Assembly: GCA_963667015.2 (NCBI GenBank)
Contig: CAXXJJ010000004.1
Location: forward strand, 3,840,001-3,904,000
Length of the DNA: 64,000 nucleotides
Direction of reading: 5' to 3'
Source of the DNA: Desulfatiglandales bacterium
Lineage (GTDB): Bacteria > Desulfobacterota > DSM-4660 > Desulfatiglandales > HGW-15
The notes under the pieces were generated by a model, which worked only from the letters and a program-made list of their open reading frames with translations, made no database searches and had not been told where the DNA came from. The translations under genes were made by a program, and so were the position numbers. Positions 20,445-28,946 of the stretch are shown here, one piece after another (within the stretch, counting starts at the first letter, position 1; every line of letters begins with the position of its first letter).

Positions 20445-20615
20445 ATATTCCTCCTTTGCATTTATTTCCGGTTTACTACGCCTGCAGCGCAGACGGCTGA
20501 TTAATAAGTCTCCATATAGGGATTATACTACGCCTGACGACACGCATACAAGTTAAATTATCAATAATATTAAATAGTTATGTCGACATTGATATAATAA
20601 AAACTATTCGGAACA

Positions 20616-20644
20616 TTGACACGAAACAAACTATCCGGGATAAT
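20616..20644 (+). promoter_or_regulatory. Sigma70-like promoter
   Basis: TTGACA-N17-GATAAT upstream of the ThiS/MoaD genes. Confidence 0.55.
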
Positions 20645-20690
20645 ATCTTAATTTATGTAGCGATTTCCTGCAGGTTTAATCCAGCAGAAG

Positions 20691-20954
20691 ATGTTAATAC
20701 CGAAGGAAAAGGACGCAGCATTGAAAATATTTTTAAGTTCAATTTTAAGAAAGCATATACCCGATTATGACCCGAACAAAGGCCATGATGCAGAAATTCA
20801 ACAGGGTACAACTGTCTCAGAACTGTGCGGGAAGATTAATGTCCCGGTTGAACAGGTGACGATCGTTATGGTGGATGGTAAGATACAGGGTCATGATTAT
20901 ATTTTGAATGGAACTGAACGAATCTACCTCTTTCCTTCCATAGGAGGGGGCTGA
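20691..20954 (+). CDS. MoaD/ThiS-family sulfur carrier
   Basis: Ubiquitin-like size, ends FPSIGGG. The true start may be slightly downstream. Confidence 0.8.
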   Translation: MLIPKEKDAALKIFLSSILRKHIPDYDPNKGHDAEIQQGTTVSELCGKINVPVEQVTIVMVDGKIQGHDYILNGTERIYLFPSIGGG

Positions 20955-20955
20955 T

Positions 20956-21261
20956 ATGAATGAAGCCACAGCAGGTATGCCGGTTGAGATCCGTGTATTT
21001 GGCGCCCTAAGGAAACATCTGGATCGCCAGAACCTTCCGTATCTTATCAAAAAGCAGATATCTCCCGATATATGCACTCCGATGACCATAGCCGAAGAGC
21101 TGGTACTTCCTCAAGATGAGATTGAGGCGGTCTTTGTAAACGGCAAAATAGCTGACAGGGACACAGTATTGTCTCCAGGTGACAGGATAGCCTTTTTACC
21201 ATATGGCACCCCGGGCCCTTACAGGGTGTTCCTGGGGATTGTCAATAGTGAACATACTTAA
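20956..21261 (+). CDS. MoaD/ThiS-like protein lacking the C-terminal GG
   Basis: VFVNG..LSPGDRIAFLPYGTPGPYR beta-grasp pattern. Ends NSEHT. Confidence 0.75.
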   Translation: MNEATAGMPVEIRVFGALRKHLDRQNLPYLIKKQISPDICTPMTIAEELVLPQDEIEAVFVNGKIADRDTVLSPGDRIAFLPYGTPGPYRVFLGIVNSEHT

Positions 21262-21281
21262 CAGGTTCAATCAGTCATAAC

Positions 21282-21318
21282 AAAAAAGGCCGGCATACTA
21301 AAAAATATGCCGGCCTTT
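21282..21318. terminator. Bidirectional intrinsic terminator
   Basis: AAAAAAGGCCGGCATA-loop-TATGCCGGCCTTT between convergent genes. Confidence 0.75.
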
Positions 21319-21348
21319 GATATTATTTATATCTATATCTGAAATCTG

Positions 21349-22317
21349 TTAGCCCCCGGCCTTTTCTTCAAGCTCATCAAGCTTATCAGGGTCGGAAACG
21401 GCTATATCAACCAGAACCTTGGGGATCTTACTCTGTTCGCACATTATTCGGATATCCTTTTCCTGGTCTGAAAAATAAAGAATCTCTCGGATACCCTCAA
21501 TATATTCAAGCATCTGGTCAGGTTCGATCTGATCCAGCGAAGGTCCTGCTGCCTCTGCCGCCTTTTGGGCTGCAGCATCTTCTTCAAGGCGTTTCTTTTC
21601 TGCCAGCTCTTCTTCCATTGCCTTTTTAACACGGTCAATGGCAGCCGAATCAAAACCGCCGATTTCAATTATGAGCTCATTAGCTACATTGTTATTGAGC
21701 AGATATTTGATTTTTTCATCATCTGACTTGCCTGCAACCTTACCGATAAGATCCTTTACCCTGGCCTTTTCTGCAGCTTCCGCATCTACCTTTGCCTTGA
21801 CACCCTTATACTCGTCTTCTGAAATACCCAATAATTCGACGATCTTAGCAGGTTCAAATTCCTTAGCTATAAGATAGCGGATACCTTCTTCTCCGCCAAG
21901 CTCCTTGGCCTTTGCAACAATCAGATCTGTTTTTCTATCTGTAATCATTTTTTCAAAATCAGGCCTGTTTTCAGAAGCCAGGGCTGAAGGCCAGTCATTA
22001 CCCAGATCAGCCGCAATCTTCATGGCATCAAAGTATGTATCTGTAATATTATCCAGGGTCAGTGCAGAAATCGATTTATCAAGATCCTGCATAAACGGCC
22101 TGCCCACTTTGAAGCGTGCCTTTAATGCAGCCTTAAGCCGCAGCCAGTTACCACCGCTTTTTGACACGTTATACCCTGATTCATCAAGGGCTGCAGCTAT
22201 TTCTTTAGCCGTGCTGAGGCTGTTGCTTTCGGAAAAATCATCATCATTATACCCTGTGATCTGCTTTTCGATGAGCATCCATAAAGGTTCCAATCCTTCT
22301 TTTCGATTTTCTGCCAT
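21349..22317 (-). CDS. Hypothetical alpha-helical protein
   Basis: Long ORF rich in Ala, Glu and Lys. Likely start MAENRK after a GAAGGA RBS. Confidence 0.75.
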   Translation of the reverse strand: MAENRKEGLEPLWMLIEKQITGYNDDDFSESNSLSTAKEIAAALDESGYNVSKSGGNWLRLKAALKARFKVGRPFMQDLDKSISALTLDNITDTYFDAMKIAADLGNDWPSALASENRPDFEKMITDRKTDLIVAKAKELGGEEGIRYLIAKEFEPAKIVELLGISEDEYKGVKAKVDAEAAEKARVKDLIGKVAGKSDDEKIKYLLNNNVANELIIEIGGFDSAAIDRVKKAMEEELAEKKRLEEDAAAQKAAEAAGPSLDQIEPDQMLEYIEGIREILYFSDQEKDIRIMCEQSKIPKVLVDIAVSDPDKLDELEEKAGG

Positions 22318-22986
22318 ATCTATTCCTTCCAAATTTGATTTAGTTGAAAACGATCCTCTTTTTCAAAAGTGAAACTATAGGTAAATTTATCTTCATCGTC
22401 AAGTGGCAATAGCAGGGCCTTCATATAAAATTTATGATATTTTTCAACACATTAAAAAATAAAAAGATAAAAAGGTAAAAATCCAACAATTAGTATTTAA
22501 TCGGATGCCGCATACACAAAATATGGAAGATTTTTAAAAAACCTGAAGGTCGATTCAGAATATTTGACTTTCATAGCCGGTTTTCACAGGTGTTTTAAAC
22601 ATCTATAACATTGACATTACTGGATTAATGCACTAAGAAGTTTTAACAAAATATACGTTTGCTGGTACGTCAGGATGATTGATCTTATTCGGGAAGTATC
22701 AGATGTCCCCAACAACACATATTACCAGCGGATTGAGTAATATTTCCGTCGGCCTGCCTGAAGGAAAATATATTAACCAGGCATTTCCTGTACAGGCAAT
22801 GAACGAATGAACGTCGGAATGGACAGCGCTATAATGAGCCCGGGAAAAAGATGCACCTGGACTCCTTTATGCGGCTGAGGTATTACTTAAGAAGGAAAAT
22901 TTTGTCTGGAATATATAGGCGCTTAAAGGGATGAATTGTTCAGCGTCAAGAAAAAAATATAAATAAAAATAAAAGGGAGGCAGTAA

Positions 22987-23619
22987 ATGTCTAAATTAGA
23001 TGAAGTAAAAGAATTAACCGAAAAAGGTAAACAGAAACTTATAACTGAAGCTGTTCAGGGCGCTCTTGATGAAGGCGCCGCTCCTACAGCAGTTCTCGAC
23101 ACCATGATAGATGCAATGGCTGTCGTTGGCGATAAATTTAAAAGATCAGAAATATTTGTTCCCGAAATGCTGATGGCCGCACACACAATGAAAAAGGGCG
23201 TTGAGGTATTACAGCCTCTTCTTGCCGGAGGAGCATCAACCTCTCTTGGAACATGTGTAATCGGCACCGTTGCCGGTGACCTTCATGATATAGGCAAGAA
23301 CCTCGTATCTCTTATGATCGAATCTGCCGGTTTTACAATGGTCGACCTTGGCGTTGATGTATCTACAGACAAGTTTATCGAAGCAATCAACTCTACCCCG
23401 GAATGCAAGATTGTAGCTCTGTCCTGTCTTCTCACAACAACAATGCCCGCTCTTTCGGATTCAGTAAAGGGCCTTATTGATGCAGGGATGAAAGATAAGG
23501 TTAAAATTATAATCGGTGGCGCACCTATTACCCAGGATTATGCCAGCGAAATCGGTGCTGACGGTTATGCTGAAGATGCAGCCTCGGCAGCCGAACTTGC
23601 AAAAAGCATTATTGCTTAA
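22987..23619 (+). CDS. Corrinoid (B12-binding) methyl-carrier protein, copy 1
   Basis: FVPEMLMAA cap, GDLHDIGKNLV (DxHxxG), SCLLTTTM and IIGGAP motifs. Confidence 0.95.
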   Translation: MSKLDEVKELTEKGKQKLITEAVQGALDEGAAPTAVLDTMIDAMAVVGDKFKRSEIFVPEMLMAAHTMKKGVEVLQPLLAGGASTSLGTCVIGTVAGDLHDIGKNLVSLMIESAGFTMVDLGVDVSTDKFIEAINSTPECKIVALSCLLTTTMPALSDSVKGLIDAGMKDKVKIIIGGAPITQDYASEIGADGYAEDAASAAELAKSIIA

Positions 23620-23637
23620 TCATTATCAGTCAGGTTA

Positions 23638-23675
23638 AAATTCCTGGCCCCGCTAAAAAGCGGGGTCTGGAATTC
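23638..23675. terminator. Hairpin between convergent genes
   Basis: CCCCGCT-AAAA-AGCGGGG stem with extended flanks. Confidence 0.6.
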
Positions 23676-23712
23676 TGTCATTCCTTATTTTATTTCTTTC
23701 AATTTAGAGTAA

Positions 23713-25731
23713 TTATCCGGTCTTGCGCTTAGCAAGCAGCAGGTCAGGTCTTCCTTTAAGTCCGGCCGATATAGTCCGTTTTACAAAAACCGGCTTGCCG
23801 TCCGCCCTTACAGGTGTTTTATCTGTTGTTTCAAATGTGATTTTCCTGCTGCTTGTCCCTGCTTCAACGGCCAGTTTATGAATCATATCCGTCAGTGTTT
23901 CTCTCGCAAAACGATCTGCTTCATCAAAATCTTTAAAGTGGCGGGAACCTGAAACCCCCTCAATAATAAAACCGCTGTAATGGCCGGGCACTATCCCCAG
24001 CTGTCGGCGTATAAAAACATGGCTGGTAACAGCACCAATGGCATTGGCAACATCAGCATTCTCGGGAATAACGGCCTTTGTTTTAAGCGGCATTACTGCC
24101 TTTGGAAGAAAATATTTTATGGGTGCGCCAATACCGATCACCGGGTGTTTCAGATTGATTGCGACTTCATAATTCGGATGCTGGCCGTCTAAAAGATGGT
24201 GAATCAGGGTTCTGCATGCCTGGCAGTCATCAAACCTGTCTGACTCCACATCATCAAGCCTGTGTTTAAGCAGTTCCATGGAAAGCTGTCTGGCACCCAT
24301 ATCCATGAGAATATCAGCCATCTCAAAGAGAGGTATTCCGCTTAAGGTCGAATAGAATCCCGCATATCGTTCTGCGGTTTCGGTATCCCATTTTCTAAAC
24401 CTGCCGCTGATATGGAGAAGATCTGTGAATGTGAGGCCGCATCTCTGTATAGTAAAATTTTCCTCGAGACGATCCAGAGGTAAAGTCCATTCCGAAAGCA
24501 CCTCGGTTGACTGAACCAGTTCGCCTATGGAATATGGTCTTTTCTCCAGTAGTGATATAATTTGCTCTTCAACCGGCGTAGGTCTTAAAGCTTTGATATC
24601 TCCGGTTTTGGCAAGTATCTGCATACAGAGGGTGGAGTGCCCGTATGGCTCAAGGCTGTCGCCTAAAAAATCAAGGGCAGTATTCACTCCTGAATAATAT
24701 TGCCCGAGCCATGCTATTGGCGCAACCCGTTTGGGACCGATAAAAAATTTTCTGTTTTTATACAGAATAAAACTGTCACCGCCAAGACCGGATGTTCTGA
24801 TATCCAGGGCCTTTACATGGGTTCTGTGCCCGCCGACCTTTGATCCATGCTCATTAATACTGACCATTCCATGTGACAGGGCCGCGGTATCGGTTGTTGT
24901 GCCGCCCACATCCACAACCATTGCATCATCAATGCCTGTTAAATGTTTTGCGCCTGCTACACTGGCCGCGGGTCCCGAGAGGATTGTTTCAACAGGTCGG
25001 TTTTTAGCCATTTCAGCGCTCATGAGGGTTCCGTCCCCTTTAACCACAACGACCGGTGCATCAATGCCGTATCCGCTCATCACCTTTTCAAGATCCAGCA
25101 GCAGGCTGGTAAGTCTGGGGATAATTCTTGCATTGAGCATGGCAGTTGTTGCCCTGGTCCGAAAATCGAGGGTATCGGATAATTCATGGCCACAGGACAC
25201 AAAAAACCCTGTTGATTCCATTATTATTTTTTTTACCTGCAGTTCATGTTCAGGATTAATCGAACCTGCATAGCCCGATACTGCAAAGGCTGTAACATGA
25301 TGTTTTTTAATCATTTTATCAATTTCGGACTTAATTTGCTCCGGATTGACAGGAGCGATCTCATTTCCTGAAATTTCCAGCTGCCCCATTACAATTGCTT
25401 TGGGCTGGTAAGGGATATCACCTGTTACATCAAACCCATAGGGCGGCATAAGTATCAAACCGACCTTCTGCCCTTCATTTTCAACTATGGCATTTGTAGC
25501 AAGAGTTGTTGACAGTGAAACCAGCTCAACCTTTTTAAGACAGTTCTGATCCAGTTCATCAAGCGCCCTGCTGATACCTATGGTAAAATTCCATCTGGTG
25601 GTAAGCGCCTTTGCCTTATATAGTGTAACGTTTTTTTCCAGGTCATAGATCACCGCATCTGTGTATGTTCCACCCGCATCAATACCTAAACCGGTTTTTA
25701 TATATTCCTCAGCTGAGTTCTTTTTTGTCAA
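23713..25731 (-). CDS. Hydantoinase/oxoprolinase N-terminal-domain (ASKHA-fold) protein
   Basis: GIDAGGTYTD, STTLATNAIVE, SGPAAS, DVGGTTTD, GLGGDS and VANAIGA motifs. Confidence 0.85.
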   Translation of the reverse strand: MTKKNSAEEYIKTGLGIDAGGTYTDAVIYDLEKNVTLYKAKALTTRWNFTIGISRALDELDQNCLKKVELVSLSTTLATNAIVENEGQKVGLILMPPYGFDVTGDIPYQPKAIVMGQLEISGNEIAPVNPEQIKSEIDKMIKKHHVTAFAVSGYAGSINPEHELQVKKIIMESTGFFVSCGHELSDTLDFRTRATTAMLNARIIPRLTSLLLDLEKVMSGYGIDAPVVVVKGDGTLMSAEMAKNRPVETILSGPAASVAGAKHLTGIDDAMVVDVGGTTTDTAALSHGMVSINEHGSKVGGHRTHVKALDIRTSGLGGDSFILYKNRKFFIGPKRVAPIAWLGQYYSGVNTALDFLGDSLEPYGHSTLCMQILAKTGDIKALRPTPVEEQIISLLEKRPYSIGELVQSTEVLSEWTLPLDRLEENFTIQRCGLTFTDLLHISGRFRKWDTETAERYAGFYSTLSGIPLFEMADILMDMGARQLSMELLKHRLDDVESDRFDDCQACRTLIHHLLDGQHPNYEVAINLKHPVIGIGAPIKYFLPKAVMPLKTKAVIPENADVANAIGAVTSHVFIRRQLGIVPGHYSGFIIEGVSGSRHFKDFDEADRFARETLTDMIHKLAVEAGTSSRKITFETTDKTPVRADGKPVFVKRTISAGLKGRPDLLLAKRKTG

Positions 25732-25941
25732 TTTTACATCTTCTTTCTTAAAATTATGAAACCTTCTATAATCCGATTAGTTTTGTATTTTTAAATTTTT
25801 ATAAAGTCAACAAACCTTATATGATTATAGAAGCCTGTGATAATTAAATGTTATATTTCAGGTGTTACCCGGATTTTGCAGCAGAGATTATTCCGGAATT
25901 TAAAAAACCTTAGAAAAACGCGACGTTGGAAGGATTTTGGT

Positions 25942-25970
25942 TTGACATCCTTCATCAGAATTTCTATACT
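25942..25970 (+). promoter_or_regulatory. Sigma70 promoter of the methyltransferase operon
   Basis: TTGACA-N17-TATACT. Confidence 0.7.
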
Positions 25971-26120
25971 GCAATGCTTACAAAAGTAGGAACAGGAAGC
26001 CTTTAAAGGCCTCTTGAAAGGCTAATGATTTCCAGGAACAGGTTCATAAAATCATTAGTCGCATGTTTAATTTTTAATGTTTTATGATTGTTTAATTTAA
26101 AAGAAAACGGAGAAATAACA

Positions 26121-26930
26121 ATGATTATTATTGCAGAAAAAATAAACGGATCCATTCCTTCTGTAGCCAAGGCCATAGAAGCGAAGGACGCTGATTTTAT
26201 TAAGAATCTGGCAAAGGTTCAATCAGAGGTAAATTCTGATTTTATTGATGTGTGTGCTTCAGTTGAACCGGATGTTGAATTTGAAACCCTGAAATGGATG
26301 ATAGAACTGGTTCAGGAAGTTACTGATACTCCTATAGCTGTAGACAGCCCAAATGCCAAACTTTGTGCCGACATGATACAGTTTTGTAAAAAACCAGGCC
26401 TGATCAATTCAGTATCAATGGAAGGAACCAAGGTAGAAGATGTCTTTCCTGTTATTGCAGATACTGACTGGCAGGTAGCTGCTCTGCTGTGTGACGATGA
26501 AAATGGAATTCCAAAGACCGCTGAAATTCGCCTCAAAATTCTCGAAGACCTCATGGCAAAGGCAAAGGAATACAATATTGATCCTTCCCGCATACACATC
26601 GACCCTCTGGTTGAAATGCTTTGCACATCAGAAGATGGCATAAACATGCTTGTTGAAGTAATTAAAGAGATCAAAAAACGCTATCCCACCATTCATGTGA
26701 CCGGTGCAGCAAGCAATATTTCATTTAATCTGCCTGCCCGAAAGATGGTGAACATGGCATTTGTTGTTCTGGCAATGAACGCTGGCATGGACAGCGTAAT
26801 CCTTGATCCACTGAACAGGGATATGAGAGGCCTGATTTACGCTACCGAAGCCCTGCTGGGCGAGGATATGATGTGTATGGAATTTATAGGCGCCTTCAGA
26901 GAAGGTCTGTTTGGTGTTCAGAAAAAATAA
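26121..26930 (+). CDS. Methyltetrahydrofolate:corrinoid methyltransferase (pterin-binding, AcsE/MT2-type)
   Basis: IIIAEKINGS, IAVDSP, LINSVS, IHIDPLV, SNISFNLPAR and ILDP motifs. GGAG RBS precedes 26121. Confidence 0.9.
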   Translation: MIIIAEKINGSIPSVAKAIEAKDADFIKNLAKVQSEVNSDFIDVCASVEPDVEFETLKWMIELVQEVTDTPIAVDSPNAKLCADMIQFCKKPGLINSVSMEGTKVEDVFPVIADTDWQVAALLCDDENGIPKTAEIRLKILEDLMAKAKEYNIDPSRIHIDPLVEMLCTSEDGINMLVEVIKEIKKRYPTIHVTGAASNISFNLPARKMVNMAFVVLAMNAGMDSVILDPLNRDMRGLIYATEALLGEDMMCMEFIGAFREGLFGVQKK

Positions 26931-27006
26931 ACTCATTTACAAACGAAACGGTGTCAAAACTTAAGAACCGGCACCGTTTATTTCTATACTAAAAGGGAGA
27001 CAGTAA

Positions 27007-27639
27007 ATGTCAAAAATAGACGAAGTAAAAGAATTAACCGAAAAGGGAAAACAGAAACTCATAGCTGAAGCTGTTCAGGGTGCTCTTGATGAAGGCGCCG
27101 CTCCTACAGCAGTTCTCGACACCATGATAGATGCAATGGCTGTCGTTGGCGATAAATTTAAAAGATCAGAAATATTTGTTCCCGAAATGCTGATGGCCGC
27201 ACATACCATGAAAAAGGGCGTTGAGGTATTACAGCCTCTTCTTGCCGGAGGAGCATCAACCTCTCTTGGAACATGTGTAATCGGGACCGTTGCCGGTGAC
27301 CTTCATGATATAGGCAAGAACCTCGTATCTCTTATGATCGAATCTGCCGGTTTTACAATGGTCGACCTTGGCGTTGATGTATCTACAGACAAGTTTATCG
27401 AAGCAATCAACTCTACCCCGGAATGCAAGATTGTAGCTCTGTCCTGTCTTCTCACAACAACAATGCCCGCTCTTTCGGACTCAGTAAAAGGCCTTATTGA
27501 TGCAGGGATGAAAGATAAGGTTAAAATTATAATCGGTGGCGCACCTATTACCCAGGATTATGCCAGCGAAATCGGTGCTGACGGTTATGCTGAAGATGCA
27601 GCTTCTGCAGCCGAGCTTGCAAAAAGCATTATTGCTTAA
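27007..27639 (+). CDS. Corrinoid methyl-carrier protein, copy 2
   Basis: 208 of 210 aa identical to 22987-23619. Confidence 0.95.
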   Translation: MSKIDEVKELTEKGKQKLIAEAVQGALDEGAAPTAVLDTMIDAMAVVGDKFKRSEIFVPEMLMAAHTMKKGVEVLQPLLAGGASTSLGTCVIGTVAGDLHDIGKNLVSLMIESAGFTMVDLGVDVSTDKFIEAINSTPECKIVALSCLLTTTMPALSDSVKGLIDAGMKDKVKIIIGGAPITQDYASEIGADGYAEDAASAAELAKSIIA

Positions 27640-27656
27640 TCATAATTATACCAAAA

Positions 27657-27689
27657 AAGCAGTCCCGCTTTTTTACGCGGGACTGTTTT
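27657..27689 (+). terminator. Intergenic hairpin / intrinsic terminator
   Basis: AGCAGTCCCGC-loop-GCGGGACTGTTTT. Confidence 0.6.
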
Positions 27690-27753
27690 CCTCACAAACC
27701 TGATTTATCCACCTTTTTCCCAGTAGAATCCTGACAAATGAAGGAGATTATAC

Positions 27754-28794
27754 ATGGGTAAAATTCCCTTTTCCGAAGATGAACTGAAAATAGTTGGAGA
27801 ATACCCGGGGCCTTTTCCCGGAATGCCGCCACTTAGCAGATACAACACGCCCATAACCCCCGCTGAAAATTATGAGCTGGTAATCAGGGGTGAAAGACCT
27901 TTATGGCTTCCCGGCATGAGTGATATAAATATGGTTATGGGAAAGTTTCTACCCGATAACGAGGCCCGAATGAAGGGCGGAAAAGATTTTTTCGGCCTTG
28001 AATGGGTCTATGTTCCTGTTGCCACAGGGGCCACACGTAAGCCAGGTGCTCCATATATCACGGACATGAATACCTGGAAGGAAAAAATAACATTCCCTGA
28101 CCTGGGCACCTACCAGTGGGAAGAACTGAAAGACTCCATAAAACCCGATGATGACCGCGTACCCTTTGTAACCATCCTTAACGGTATATTTGAGCGTCTT
28201 ATTTCATTTATGGATTTTGATGGTGCAGCAATGGCATTAATTGATGAGGACCAGGAAGATGCAATTCTGGAATTCTTTGACGCGCAGGCAGATTTTTACT
28301 GCAGACTTGTTGATAAGTATGTTGAACACGGAAATCCGAGAATCATCTCCTTTCATGATGACTGGGGCTCCCAGAGGGCACCGTTCTTCTCTCCAGCTAC
28401 AGTAAGAAAAATGATTCTCCCTTCTCTTAAGAAGGTCCTTTCCCATATTCGCAGCAAAGGTGTGTTTGTAGATATGCACTCCTGTGGAAAAAATGAGATG
28501 CTTGCATCAATCTATGTTGAGGCAGGCGTTCAGTCATGGACCCCGCAGCCCATGAACGACCTGAAAATGCTCTATGAAAATTATGGAGACAAGCTGCTCC
28601 TTGGGGTCACACCGCCGGATATAGATCCGGAGGCATCAGAGGAAGAACTGTATGCAGGTCTCAGGGAATTTATAGATTATTACTGTCAGCCGGGAAAACC
28701 GCCCGTCTCAATATTTGTCTCAATGCAGAAAAAAACTCATCCCAGGCTGAGTGAAGCCATATATAAGTTAAGCAGAATCGCGCTGAGCCGATAA
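27754..28794 (+). CDS. URO-D-family substrate:corrinoid methyltransferase (MT1, O-demethylase-like)
   Basis: DFFGLEW, GIFERL, HDDWGSQRAPFFS and MHSCGK (Zn-binding H-x-C) motifs. Operonic with the corrinoid protein and MT2. Confidence 0.8.
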   Translation: MGKIPFSEDELKIVGEYPGPFPGMPPLSRYNTPITPAENYELVIRGERPLWLPGMSDINMVMGKFLPDNEARMKGGKDFFGLEWVYVPVATGATRKPGAPYITDMNTWKEKITFPDLGTYQWEELKDSIKPDDDRVPFVTILNGIFERLISFMDFDGAAMALIDEDQEDAILEFFDAQADFYCRLVDKYVEHGNPRIISFHDDWGSQRAPFFSPATVRKMILPSLKKVLSHIRSKGVFVDMHSCGKNEMLASIYVEAGVQSWTPQPMNDLKMLYENYGDKLLLGVTPPDIDPEASEEELYAGLREFIDYYCQPGKPPVSIFVSMQKKTHPRLSEAIYKLSRIALSR

Positions 28795-28801
28795 TTATTA
28801 A

Positions 28802-28925
28802 TCTCTCGCCCGTTCCCTTCGGTCACTAGAGCTCACAGAGAACGCAGAGAAGAAAATATAAAAATGTTTTTTAAAAACTAATCGTTTTTGTTTTTCTCTG
28901 TGATCTCTGCGGGCTCTGCGAGAGA
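28802..28925. repeat. ~125 bp hairpin element (CGCAGAG/CTCTG arms), copy 2
   Basis: TCTCTCGC...GCGAGAGA termini. Shares its arms and the central TAAAA..AATCGTTTTT with 5943-6065. Confidence 0.7.
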
Positions 28926-28946
28926 CATGTTTTTTAGCTTTTGCAG

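Noticed and set aside
22640..22986. Canonical cobalamin riboswitch
   Set aside because: I could not find the B12-box or the conserved GCCACTG/GGGAAG arrangement. Kept only as an unclassified structured leader.
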